A DNA stretch of 64,000 bases from Octopus sinensis (Eukaryota): positions 55,180,001 through 55,244,000 of the forward strand of contig NC_043006.1 of the NCBI RefSeq assembly GCF_006345805.1, given 5' to 3'. The translations under genes were made by a program, and so were the position numbers. The first letter of the stretch is position 1. Each line of letters starts with the position of its first letter. Below the pieces are notes generated by a model, which saw nothing but the letters and a program-made list of their open reading frames with translations, did no database searches and was not told the origin of the DNA. This document shows positions 1 to 12,826 of this stretch, piece by piece.

Positions 1-170
1 TGTTGTTCTCGTTGTCGACACCGAAAGTTTGACGTTGCTTAGAGACGAAACATCTTTGAGCTCGGTGACGTCATTAAATGATTAACTGGCACCGAAATTT
101 CGCTGGAATTTCAAAAGTGTTTATTGAAAGTTACCAGCATGTTGCGGAAAAATATCCTCGTTTCGAACAG

Positions 171-752
171 ATATTTCCCCAGCCGCCTATTGTAGCCTTT
201 AGACGGAATAAAAATATGAGAACTATTGACCTCTATTTCTGACTCCAAGAAAACTAACATTGGAATATCTGTACCCTGTACCTTGAGAAACAGCCGCAAT
301 AGAGGTAAGCCCTGTTCATTGTACCGCAACACGAGTCAAGTGAATTCCACCAGGAATCATAAGAGAAATGTTATGATTTATACAGAAGGTGGGACATGTA
401 GAGATTCCCATTTTCTGTAGGCAGCAGAATGCATGAAACACAACTTAATTTCTCTTGGTTATACAACAGAAAATTAAACAAAAGGTTTAATAGGCAAATA
501 TATGACAAGATTTAATGGGTACAATAACAGTAGTTCGACGGAACTTGACCAACATTTTGCTTCAAATGGCTGCAATTTTGAGAAAGACTTGAAATTGCAT
601 ATTCTCAGAAAATATTCTGAATCTGCCACACTTTCAATATTCAAAATGCATGACGAGAAATATTTTTGGTGGTTATTAGCATCACGCCCTGGAGGAATGA
701 AGAAAATGATTGGAGAATTTCATCAAATTTACACTAAACACTTGATTAAATA
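171..752 (+). mobile_element. Penelope-like element remnant (linker plus GIY-YIG endonuclease), frameshifted
   Basis: Manual translation gives QPPIVAFRRNKN (PLE RT-EN linker), then GGTCRDSHFL*AAEC..LGYTTE..KRF (GIY-YIG-like). ORF 502-843 has ELDQHFASNGCNFEKDLKLHIL...EKYFWWLLASRPGG, resembling a PLE EN C-terminus. Confidence 0.75.
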
Positions 753-786
753 TTCTTCTTTTTCCTACTCTTTTTTCTTTCCTGCT

Positions 787-838
<52 letters not shown>

Positions 839-959
839 ACTGACTCCGCGTTCTGGTTGGCCTGTTTTGTTCAATGGTGAGTGATTGAACTAACTCATAT
901 CCGTGCCAGTCAACTAAGAAACTGGCTCAGCGGATTGGACGCTTTCATGATACCATTGC

Positions 960-1265
960 CTGTCACTTTCACTCGATGGGCAATTCAGCTGAAACGACTC
1001 AAACGGAGAAACGGCGTGCTTCTTCAACACGACAACGCTCGCTCCGTGGCTCTAATTTGACAAAAATGTTATTAAAGAGCTCGGTTGGGAACTTCTAATG
1101 CACTCGCCATTTTCTCCTGATACAGCGCATTCAGATTATCACCTTTGTTTTTGTCATTCTCTAACAGTTTGCGAGGCGTTTTGTTTAACAACGCCGTGGA
1201 GCTGAAAACGTGGTTCAAGAATTCTCTGAGTTAAAATCTAGTGAGAAACTAGTGAAACTTTGCCT
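960..1265 (+). mobile_element. mariner transposase remnant (C-terminal catalytic region)
   Basis: Reads KRRNGVLLQHDNAR and ELGWELLMHSPFSPDTAHSDYHL, matching the mariner HDNARPH and YSPDLAPSDYHLF motifs, with frameshifts. Confidence 0.85.
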
Positions 1266-1408
1266 CATACACGACGGTCTCTGTGTTACATTGACCATTT
1301 AGTGAGCATTAGACGTTACCTCTGGATGAGCAGGACAAGCATCTAAAGATTATCGTATGCATGCAAATTTTAACATTAAGGGAGAACGGGCGTGTGGACC
1401 ATATAACT

Positions 1409-2440
1409 TTACGGTGACGTTTTCTCCTGATCGGACATATGACTAATGCTGTCTTTGAAACCACTAGCAGTTAGGGCCTTGTCATTAAAGTAAAGAACCG
1501 CCGCGTACATTTCCATATTGAAAGATAGGTTGGAGATCCTTCTGTTAATATTATTCGCTAGGTTTTTGCAGCTTCTTGTTTGGTTTCCCGAAGAACTCAT
1601 GGAAATTTTGTGTCTAGGTCCAACTACACTTCGAAAAAATTAACTACTCCCAAGTTTGTCTATGTTGTAACATTGAGCTCGAGGGAATAAAGGACACGAG
1701 TTAGGTTCTTCCCGAACCTATCGAGTGTGGCCATTCATCCCTCTCGAAAATTCCACGGAATCTATGTCTCTATCGCATTTAGAAAAGTCAAGTACTTGAA
1801 ACAATAAGTTCCTCGATAGAGATGGATAAAAATGCACGATACTACTGCCTCTACACCTGTTGTTTTTAAACCATGAGCCAACCTCATTACTGTTGCGCCA
1901 TAGGTAAGAGATAGAAGCTCTTCTTATATCATTGTTGATTTTTTTGAGATACCCGACTTCGCTGGTTTAATTAGTCGACATTAGGGGTTCGGAGAAAGTT
2001 TTGTTTGTGATCTTTAATTATTATAAAGGTATTCTTCTCCGCTAAAGCTTCTGCCCTATCTTCAATGCCCAACACATTATTTATTTGTTTGCCTCTCTGG
2101 TTAATGTTATCATAGGCATGAGAAGCAGTCTTCTTTGAAGTTTGTGTAATACTCTTCGTATGTATGTTTCGTTACCTATTCATATATAAATTCTTAGTTT
2201 TGCTCGAAAAAATGTTAAGTCCGATTCGAATTTTCAAGTTTTCTTTTATCTGCACCAAGTACTTTGGAAAAGGAACTTACGAAGTTTCAGCTTGGGTTTG
2301 ATGACTAAGATATCCTTGCCGAAGACTTCCATCTCCCCATTTCTAATTGGGATATAAATCACGGGTTTAAGGCCCGGCCTTCGTTTTTAACTATAATTTC
2401 ATCTCTTGGTTTCAAAATCTTACAGCTCATGGATTTACGC
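1409..2440 (-). mobile_element. Penelope-like RT remnant, internally deleted (KDHK..CRLINPAKS type, probably Naiad-like)
   Basis: Minus strand reads SKTKNLY, DRAEALAEKNTFIIIKDHKQNF, CRLIKPAKS, then after a deletion NRRISNLSFNMEMY...ALTASGFKDSISH (ORF 1409-1600). Confidence 0.75.
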
Positions 2441-2616
2441 AGAATTGCACCTAAAGATTCATGCTCTGGTTTCTATAACTTCGGAAAGTTGAACTATGAA
2501 CTTTTATGCTTCTTTTATCTTCTCTCTTTCCATCTTCTTATTCTTTTACTCCCTTCCTCTATGTTGTCATCTTATTGATATATACCATTCTCATTTTCCA
2601 TGTTTTTTCCCCAATT

Positions 2617-2670
2617 TGTCTCTGATGACGGAATATCCCATGCTCGGGGATATCCCAGAAACAGCTGTAA
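2617..2670 (+). ncRNA. minimal type I hammerhead ribozyme in inverted pLTR fragment
   Basis: CTGATGA at 2622-2628, stem II gga.atatccc/gggatat.cc, GAAA at 2658, palindromic stem III ACAGCTGT, GTA triplet, stem I tct/aga. The downstream agctgtaagattttgaa is the reverse complement of 2411-2427. Confidence 0.7.
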
Positions 2671-2760
2671 GATTTTGAATTTCTTCCTGTAATAATATTA
2701 TATATGACTTGGGATGTTTGAGATGTTTGCCTTGCCTTAATGTTTGACGTCCTGTTTAAC

Positions 2761-2850
<90 letters not shown>

Positions 2851-3732
2851 TCTTCCAGCCGTAACCTGGATGGATGGGTCAAGTTGCACTATGTTCTATT
2901 TTTGTGAGGAAGTGTTAAATTTTACTGACATGAAGAAACCATTTTTTTTGCATGATGTAACACTTTTGTTCATCAATAAAGAACACGTGTGAAACAACTG
3001 TAGTGAACCTCAACCAATCTGTATTATTGTTTATTCTCCACCTAACTCGGAACCTTCCAGGCATTAGATCTGGAGTCTATAGTCGACTGTGAAATACGTG
3101 CTCTGTGTTTGTGCACAGAGGAAGTGCACTATTCTGGATGTAAAAAAAAATACATATTTCTTTGTGTGCATAACTAGAGTGACAAATTCGTAAGGACATA
3201 TATATCAACACACATTATTAGTACACTGGTGCGCCATCCCCGACTATACCTTGGTGCTTATACAACTTGAATACCTGATTCTAACGAATCCTGACAATTT
3301 TATAATATATATATTATAAAATTGTGTGTGTATTGGTGTGCATACATTTCTAATGAGTATACAAACATTGAACGGCATTACTTGTAACATTCTATCCCAG
3401 GGAAAATTTCTTGGCGAGAGTTCTATGTTAACAACACAGGACTCCGCTCAGAACACTAGTAGATCGCCACATATGGTGTTTCGATCTGATTTCTTCTCCT
3501 CAGTGATGAATATCCCGGACGTTCTGAGTCAAACTGAAAATACTTGTTCCGATATAGAAATCGCTGAACGAAACATTCACGGATTTTTACGAAAGCTAGC
3601 CAGTCTAGAATTAAATTGATATATGCATCTAAAACAGTACTGGAGTATTTAATGTTTATAACATGTATAGAAGTAAGGAAAGATGTCGGTTGCAATATTT
3701 TGACCAGAGATCATTTCTCAACGTGGCTTGTG

Positions 3733-4350
3733 GGATCTTTTCCTTTTGAACGGCAGATATCAACACAATTTCTAGTTAACTAAACACTTTTAAACTTCGT
3801 ATACTGGTAGAATGTGTTTATAAAACATCATTTTCTCTTGGTTTTATTGAGAAAATTCTATAGTTTGTAAGATATTTCGTCTGAAAATCCGAGCATTTCG
3901 GCAATTTTAACCAATCGATTACCTCCATTCAACTAAAATCATTTGCTGCGTATAAAACTGAGACAACATCCTGTAACTAACCCTAAACCTCCCCCTCCCC
4001 CTAACCCTAATTTTTTTTCTTAATTGTTAAATTAATTTAATTCCATTGCATTAGTTTTTTTTACACGCGTAACAATTAAATTAATTTAACAATTAAGAAA
4101 AAAAAATTAGGGTTAGGGTTAGTTACAGGATGTTGTCTCAGTTTTAGACGCAGCAAATGATTTTAGCTCAAAAGAGAGCATAGGATTGGTTAAAATTCGA
4201 AAAATTAAACTACGTTAAACAAACAAATTACAATTTTCTCAAGAAAGCCAAGAGAAAAATATGTTTTATTTTGACACATTCTACCAGTATTCGAAGTTTT
4301 AAAGTGTTTAGTTAACTAGAAATTGTCTGCCGTTCAAAAGGAAAAGATCC
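3733..4350. mobile_element. 618-bp foldback MITE with long TIRs and 8-bp TSD (Merlin-like by termini)
   Basis: Starts GGATCTTTTCCTTTTGAACGGCAGA and ends TCTGCCGTTCAAAAGGAAAAGATCC; arms are complementary over about 300 bp. Flanks are ggcttgtg (3725-3732) and ggcttgtc (4351-4358). Confidence 0.85.
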
Positions 4351-4478
4351 GGCTTGTCTGTTAAAACGCAGCGTTTCGCTCAGAAACCATGTGAATCGCC
4401 AGACACAGTGTTTCGACCTCATCTGGTGTAGTGGGTTAAATTCATCTTTAGACAAAAACATCGTCAATATACTCATAC

Positions 4479-4867
4479 GTGGAGGCGCAATGGCCCAGTG
4501 GTTAGGGCAGCGGACTCGCGGTCATAGGATTGCGGTTTCGATTCCCAGACCGGGCGTTGTGAGTGTTTATTGAGCGAAAACACCTAAAAGCTCCACGAGG
4601 CTCCGGCAGGGGATGGTGGTGATCCCTGCTGTACTCTTCCACCACAACTTTCTCTCACTCTTACTTCCTGTTTCTGTTGTACCTGTATTTCAAGGGGCCG
4701 GCCTTGTCACTCTCTGTGTCACGCTGAATATCCCCGAGAACTACGTTAAGGGTGCACGTGTCTGTGGAGTGCTCAGCCACTTACACGTTAATTTCACGAG
4801 CAGGCTGTTCCGTTGATTCGGATCAACCGGAACCCTCATCGTCGTAACCGACGGAGTGCTTCCATCC
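4479..4867 (+). mobile_element. tRNA-derived SINE (octopus OR-type)
   Basis: A box tggcccagtgg, B box gtttcgattcc, TSD atatactcatac (4467-4478 / 4868-4879). Near-identical copy at 44023-44411. Confidence 0.9.
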
Positions 4868-4899
4868 ATATACTCATACTCATACTTTTTATCCGCAGC

Positions 4900-4930
<31 letters not shown>

Positions 4931-5082
4931 GTGAAATAGAAAGATGAATAATCTTGTAGTAGATTAATCAAAAGTTTAACCGATACCTTAGTAGCAAAAA
5001 TCACAGCAGTAAACAGCACGGTTGGAGGTACAACCATCTGGCGTTGCAACCGTGCGTTGGTGCGGATAATTGAAATTAAAAC

Positions 5083-5492
5083 ATTATTGGTGAATTGAAG
5101 AAATGGAGCTGAACGCAGATTGAACAGAAATCGTTTTATTTCATTCTACACGTGTTTCGAAAGGCACAAATTACCAAAATCCGATTGAATAATGGGACCA
5201 TATTGTGTCTTTCTCTTCAGGAAGAAAAAAGGAAATCCGTTGGAAACACAAAAATAAAAAGAGTTTCGCCATGGGCTCTTAGGAGCACAGTTCGATTTGT
5301 TTTTTGCTCCGCCTCTGTTCTGTTTTTGTGTTTCCAACGGATTTCCTTTTTTCTTCCTGAAGAGAAAGACACAATATGGCCCATTATTCAATCGGATTTT
5401 GGTAATTTGTGCCTTTCGAAACACGTGTAGAATGAAATAAAACGATTTCTGTTCAATCTGCGTTCAGCTCCATTTCTTCAATCACCAATAAT
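5083..5492. repeat. near-perfect inverted repeat (about 180-bp arms) carrying two mirror hammerheads; PLE pLTR-like foldback
   Basis: Arms about 5083-5263 and 5313-5492 are reverse complements with few differences. The mirror ORFs 5146-5424(-) and 5152-5430(+) are a by-product. Confidence 0.95.
5351..5433 (+). ncRNA. minimal type I hammerhead ribozyme (mirror copy on minus strand at 5143-5226)
   Basis: ttc-CTGAAGA, stem II gaaagacacaa/ttgtgcctttc, GAAA, palindromic stem III ACACGTGT, GTA triplet, stem I partner gaa. Confidence 0.75.
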
Positions 5493-5562
<70 letters not shown>

Positions 5563-5563
5563 C

Positions 5564-5594
<31 letters not shown>

Positions 5595-6255
5595 ATATAT
5601 AGCATTGTTAAAAAATATTTGAGGTTTTTATTCGCAGAGTAAATACGTTGTCGCATATCACTGAAATAATAATAATAATAATAAAGATTTTCAGACAAAA
5701 TATTGTTAATATTAAATTCATTCAGTATATACACGAGAAAGAAACCAAAATTTCTTTCAAAAATAGAATTCCCCCCCCCCCAAAAAAAAAACAGGTTATA
5801 GAAATGATTATTTTTATGTAAGAACAAATAAAACTTACTTTTAAATATTAATTCACAAAAGATATGAAAAAATAATACTTCACTTTTTAAAAAATTGGAA
5901 GACGAAATAATTATTTTAAAAGACAAATTCCGTGCAATGCTTCTATGCTTCCGAAATAATTTAGTATACGTGATTTCAATACTTATTGATGTTGCATAAA
6001 ATTGTTGCTGCACTATTTTTACATTTCTTTCTGATATGTCCAATGTGCAGCGTCTGTCTCAGCGATATTACTACTTTGACTATTTTGTCTCTTGATTATT
6101 CCTTTTTCAACTTGAAAATAAATGTACAGATCATAGGATTGAAACGTTTGATTTTAAATTTACATTTCATTATGAACAAAACGCGGAGAATTACTTTACA
6201 AAATTTTAAATGATATATATATATATGTATATATGTGTATATAAATACACACACG

Positions 6256-6310
<55 letters not shown>

Positions 6311-6326
6311 TAATATATATATATAT

Positions 6327-6410
<84 letters not shown>

Positions 6411-6538
6411 CAGCCGAAATTACTACGATGATCCGGTTCTCGACTGAAGACTGAGGGGTTCGAATGTCCTGTCCATGTTTATTGTGTCGTCTTCTAAGAG
6501 TTATACGTTCTTGTCCATGTTGTATTTTTCTACATACC

Positions 6539-6611
<73 letters not shown>

Positions 6612-6622
6612 GTATATATATA

Positions 6623-7820
6623 CTAGCAGAAGCACGTGTCAATTGGGAAATCAATTCTGAATTCATAATACAACAACAACAACAACAACAACAACACCAA
6701 CAACAACAATAACAATAATAACAATAATAATAATAATAATAATAATGATAATAATGATAAAATAAAACAAAACTTATCATATGTACTGCGTTGTTCTGGA
6801 AGATGTTTAGGTTCATGTTCATTCACAAATGCAACCAATTTTGCGATAAGTTGTCTCTCTTGCTATGTCTCTTGAAGTTAAATCACTAATTTGACGGTGT
6901 GTTTTTGGCAATTCAGAACCAGACTATTGCAAATTTTTGCCTCCCATGGCCAACACTTGATCCTCAATTTCAGTCAGTGCTTGGTTAAAAAGTGTTTCAG
7001 TGAACTGAGTATTGACACCTGGGTTTGCCTGTTGAACTGTCCTCATGATGTTTCATCCAAAGCTCTAGGAGACTGCTAAGTTGACACATGTTCAGTATAA
7101 TTGGAAAAAGGTTACGGAGTTTCTTTGGAGAATCTGATACTGATGCTTCAGTCAATGCAAGGTCCCAATGTTCATCATTTTCTAATAAAACCTTGTTGAT
7201 AGCATGCTTCCCTATAAGTTTCACACACATGACCATCTACCCATCCTCGAATCTGCAAAAGGAGGCCTAAGTAGTAGCATTCTGCTTGGCTTGGAGAGGA
7301 TACAGTAAACTCTTGCAAGAGCATCATCCCCCCACATTTCCTCTTGTGCCATTTATTGTTTCTCCATGTGTAATACTTGGGCAGATGTGGGTAAAGGAGT
7401 TTTCTTGCATCTTCATCTACTTGACACAACTTAAAAACAGCAGTAAGGGTAGTTTCTGTTGAAGAAAGTGCTTGTTGCAAGGTTGTTTGTTTTTTAAAGA
7501 TAACTCTGTGGCCATTCTCTAGATGGACACTCAGATGAATGATGTCTGGGTGCCTCTCATGAATGGGAAAATTGATGATGCGTCAAAAGGCCTCATTGGC
7601 ACTAGTGTATTTTCCCCTGTCATACTGTGTATCTCCGTCATTTTTATTTATCAGCTGACTGTCATTCTGCATTAGAGTGTATGTTGCCGCATCTAAACCT
7701 TTGTTTATATATTTGCAAACATACTTGATAGAGTTAACAGAGTTGCAGAATCCAACATTGGCTCTAGCTACCTGTACTCATCTTTGCTTCACTGTAGAAT
7801 ACTGACTGTCTACATCTACC
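6623..7820 (-). mobile_element. Helitron RepHel remnant with possible CTAG 3' terminus
   Basis: ORFs 7175-7480 (TTLTAVFKLC...LLYPHLPKYYTW...CYYLGLLL...TYREAC) and 6997-7236 (LLENDEHWDLALTEA...LRNLF) match the Rep-helicase linker region. Minus strand ends ...cacgtgcttctgCTAG|t at 6623. Confidence 0.85.
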
Positions 7821-7983
7821 CCGACTTCTCTTGTAGAGTGAGAACATTGTTCTCGGAAACTTTTACGAAAATTAAAATGGGGGATTAAATGAAAAAATGA
7901 GTTACGTGAATATCTTCACAAGAGTGATTGAAATAAATGGAGATTGTGGAACATACACACAGTATCAAATATCATATGAAATG

Positions 7984-8037
<54 letters not shown>

Positions 8038-8334
8038 TGAATGCCACTTAGACACCACTCTATCTCACACACGCACATACACGCACACATACATACAAAA
8101 ATGATGTATGCATATGTATTTGTGTATGTACGTATACATGACAACACATTCCGTGACTCACTCTCTTTCTCTCTCTCTCTCACACACAAACGCACACACA
8201 TACATAAATGTATACATACGTACTTACAAAAACACACGTGTGCATATGTGTGTGTGTGTGAGAGGCTGAGAGAAAATATTGCGAAAAATGAAGGAAATAA
8301 ATATGAAATAAAAATGTCGTATAAATAAAAGCTC

Positions 8335-8505
8335 TTATATTATTTACATTCGACGGATATTTGTCCGCATCTTGTTTGTTGTTAACACAACGTTTCGGCT
8401 GATATACCCTCCTGCCTTCATCAGGTGTCTTGAGGAAATTTCGAATCTGGGTTCTCATTCCTAAGGTATTTTTCGATGTTGTTGTTGTTGTTGTTATTAT
8501 TATTA

Positions 8506-8553
<48 letters not shown>

Positions 8554-8629
8554 ATCTCTCCTTGGAATCGAACTGGGAATCTTGGGGTTAGTAGTCCACG
8601 CTCTTAACCACGGGCATATGGCGTAGTGA

Positions 8630-8689
<60 letters not shown>

Positions 8690-8885
8690 CAACAACAACA
8701 ACATCGAAAAATACCTTAGGAATGAGAACTCAGGTTCGAAATTCCCCCAAGACACCTGATGAAGGCTGGAGGGTATATCAGCCGAAATGTTGTGTTAACA
8801 ACAAACAAAATGAGAAGAAATATCCGTCAATTGTAAATAATGTAAATAATGTACATACTTCCTCATCTCTTAAATATAGAACTGT
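8335..8885. mobile_element. head-to-head pair of a tRNA-headed, hammerhead-tailed non-autonomous retroelement
   Basis: Left copy on minus (8338-8611), right copy on plus (8613-8885), each with an internal (AAT)n tract. Hammerheads at 8384-8429(-) and 8751-8796(+). Candidate 10-bp TSD ataaaagctc at 8325-8334 / 8886-8895. Confidence 0.8.
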
Positions 8886-11599
8886 ATAAAAGCTCATGTA
8901 CGGAATGTTTTAATTTGTGAACTTAGTAAATATTTCTTTCAGTAATTTATTGTAGTTGTTTGCAAATAGTAAATTAAAATTTGAAATGAAAACGTCAAAA
9001 TAGAGAGTGAAGCATTTTGACGTTGCTTCGTCAATTCTGGAAGTTGACATTGATAAACCTTTTTAAAGAAGTGAATCATATATATAAAGCAATATTATTT
9101 ATTTTTAATAAAAAAAATCAAATGAAGAGCTTAACATTTGTCCGAGATCAAATTATTCATGCATCACAAGTATGGAAGCAATTGGTGAAGCCGTTTTCGC
9201 GTGAAGAGCGAATACACTGACGTCTCTATCTTATATATTAGATATATATTTTGTGTATTTCGCCGGAGTCGGTTATGCCTTTTATCTTTTCAGGGTCGAT
9301 AAAATAATTACTAATTGAGCACTGGGGTCGATGTAATCGACTTATTCTCCCGAACTTACTGGCCTTGTGCCAAAATAGGAAACCAATATATATATGTATA
9401 TTATGTACAAAATATGACGATGAATTCACCAACAATGTATTGGCTCACGATATAATTCCCTTGTGATGAAGTTGCCAGGTAATAGATTTACAATTGGCCT
9501 ACGATATATCTATGTTGATATTATCTGAGGCATCTTTCCTTTTTTTAAAGCTGCCGAGGTGTGTAGAAAAGTAAAAGTGATTGTAGTGAGATAAAAATCA
9601 AGAATGAATTATGTTTAAATTATCCCCTGTTTACTATGCACAAATCAAAAATATATATCTTCCGAACTTGTTTGTAGAATAATACAATTATATTTATACT
9701 GAAAATGGTTCATGAGTTTAATTACAATATCAAATTAGAGCTATATATGAAACTTTGTGATTAAATACTTGGGCAGTCCTCAAAAGATCTTTCCAATAAT
9801 AATTTTGACTAGCTTTATGAATTCTATATCTCTATCACTCAAGGACATGTATATATATATATATATAAAAAAACATTGCAGCACGCATGACTTTCGGAAA
9901 CATTTTTACTACGTTCAGAATTGACGAATTATAGAATAAACATCACAGGTCGGTTTTAATCTGTTAAGATACTGCATCCTTCAAAAATTCCATACTTTCC
10001 GAATTCTTCTACATCACTGCTTATGTGTTTATACCTTTTTGTGTATCTTTTGCTGTTCACTTTTCTATCTTTTTGTGTTTTATTCTGTGTACTATGTATG
10101 CATTTTGGCTGTATCATTTCCATCTCTCTTTAGCTGGCTTGTTGCTGCTTTATATCTCCTCTCTTACCCTTTTCCGACGAGTATCAGAGCAAGTGAATAC
10201 TGTATATAGTAAGCTTATTATTATCTTCATAAGCATATCATTTTCTGAAAGTCTCTTATATTATATAAGTTTGGTACATTAGATAAATTAGATTTTTCAA
10301 AATTCAATACTCGGGCAGCAAATGCAATACAATTCACAAAAAATGAGAACAATATCTACGGAACTATATTGTCCATAATAGATGATATCTTGGGTAAGTG
10401 TTATCTGGCTGAATATTAGTTTAGATTCGAAGAAGAGAGAAATACAAATGTAATAACCATAGAAATGTCAATGGTATTAAAAAGATTACTTCATAACCAC
10501 AGCTGTGCAGTTAAAAGTTCGCAATGAAATATCTCAAGTTTCTGTTCAATAACAAGAGGCATCAAGCCGTGATGTTAAACGTCATTTTATCTAAACACAA
10601 GCCACCTGACATTTGGGTAACTATAACAGTGTGAGTAAAACTGTGTTACAAGAGCAGGAATCCGGTGTAAAAATAGGTTTTTTTCACCAGCCTCGGAGAC
10701 CTGGAAAAAAAGAAGTTATAGATGCTGACCATAAATCCTGTCACTAAGCCTTAGAAAATAGAAAGAAATAATAAAGAAATAATACATAAACAGAATAATT
10801 ATTAACAGGGAAAGATGTATCGCTGAATAAAATTGTATACTGGACTGTAAATAGTTGATGTTCTTAATAACAGTATATTAGTTTGGTTGATACGATTAAA
10901 AACCTCACTTACATTGTCTTCATCTCTTGACAGGAAAAGGAATAACTCCTAGAAAAAGATTTATGATATGATCCCTAATTGCAATTAATGGAAGAGTAAT
11001 TATCAGAAAATATAACCGAGTTTTGTTCTGTAGGAATTCAAAATGCTGCTAAGATGTTCAATATTATATCCAGATGCCAAAACGTTAGTATGAAATATTG
11101 TATACCATGAACGTCATCGATATGTTAATACGGAAGCGTTTATTGCGTGTTCGATTGAGATTAGTTTATTTCTTCCGGTTATTAGTTCCATAGGCAGTTT
11201 GAGCTGTTGGTTGAGATTTCTGAATGTAAAGCGTTTCATGTGAACACGTCAATATTTTGTTACTCTGTAGGACACTACACAACAACAAAATATTAATATT
11301 CGAACGAAAAAGAAAAGCGAGTGATAAGTAGAATCGCTAAAAATTCACACAGAACACATTACGGTATTTAGTGACATCCCTTTGCGAGCAGAGTTCAAAT
11401 CGCGCCGAAGTCAACTTTTCATGGATTGATAAAATAAAGTACTGGGGTTGATTTAGAGTAAATGTATTTTCCCACCAAAAACCGCGGCCTTGTGCTAATG
11501 TAAAACAAATTGATTTTGTGTTTATGTTAGAAATCATTGCGATTTTTTTGTCATACTTCCTCATTAATTAAAATTTTAAAATTAGATTCCTGTGGCAAC

Positions 11600-12350
11600 A
11601 CAACTCTTATTTTATGCATTTTATAAACTCTTTCTTTTCTGAGGCAAACCATTACCAGTTTTCTTTTCTTTCGGAAATATATCCTTTTTAGTCCTCCACC
11701 TGCTGACTGCAGCCATGCTGGGATACTACACAACCTTCAAGGGTTTTAATTAAGTATATCGGTCCCATTACGCACTTCACTCTGACACTTATTTGATTAA
11801 CGTCTAATTATTGAATAAAAAATTTTCTGGAGTAGGTGGAGCTCTACTAATTAGGTTTTCGGTTAGGTTGTGATAGTGAGACATCATTGAAAATTTGTAT
11901 TGATTAAATTTGTGGTTGTGCTATTGTTTAGGATTTATTCATGCACGTAGAACTTTGTAATCAGGTGTGTTTATTTAGATGTGTCAGCTTCAGGCCATGA
12001 ATTTGCTTTTTTTAGTGGCTCACAAAAGAATGTAAGTTGGTAGAACTTAGTTGATCAGCGTATGTGTCTCTAGGTTTAGTTGTTGGTTCTATTTGGATAT
12101 CAATGGGAGGATTAACCTTTTGTTTTGAGAATGTGAAAGTTAAATTCGGAGTTCAGTGTAGCATTCAAACCATTGTAATTAGGAGAGTTTGTTTAGGTGT
12201 ATCAGTTATCAGGTTATAGAATTTTTAAGGGTTCACGAAAGATTGAAAGTAGATGGTAATGTTGGTTCATTATCGCGCTTCTTTACTTCATGTTGGTGTT
12301 ATTAAGGAGATTTAAACTTCTCGATATCGAGAAGGTTGAAATTATCACTT
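11600..12350 (-). mobile_element. highly decayed Penelope-like RT remnant (tentative)
   Basis: Minus strand shows only FLFNN...NQIS..VMG, resembling the PLE Y.Q..G.AMG motif; many stops. Confidence 0.3.
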
Positions 12351-12498
12351 AAGCGTGTCATGGTGTCGTTAGTATATAATTTTTTATATCTCATGCTTTA
12401 ATGTTCTACTAAATGTATTGAGTAATCCTCCTGTTTAATGTAAAATTATTTTCATTATAACTTAACATGAAAACAAACGTTAATATTTCCATTCATGC

Positions 12499-12560
<62 letters not shown>

Positions 12561-12678
12561 ATGCAATACGAGAGTATTGCTTTCCAGTAAAGAATAGCCC
12601 GTGAGGGAAAATTATACATAGAAGTAATATATATATATATTATATATATATATATATGCACATATATATATATATATG

Positions 12679-12738
<60 letters not shown>

Positions 12739-12754
12739 TATATATATATATATG

Positions 12755-12826
<72 letters not shown>

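Noticed and set aside
3326-3619. 97-aa ORF and a CTGAGGA...GAAAC motif on the minus strand near 3465-3500
   Set aside because: No recognisable domain; the hammerhead helices and NUH triplet do not fit.
4393-4425. cca-GATGA-ggtc-GAAAC-actgt-GTC-tgg on the minus strand
   Set aside because: Probably a decayed hammerhead, but it lacks C3-U4 and a foldable stem II, so it is too weak to call.
4481-4555. tRNA-like sequence (also 44023, 17912, 37275, 46907)
   Set aside because: A and B boxes are present but there is no complete cloverleaf, and each continues into a SINE body; these are SINE heads, not tRNA genes.
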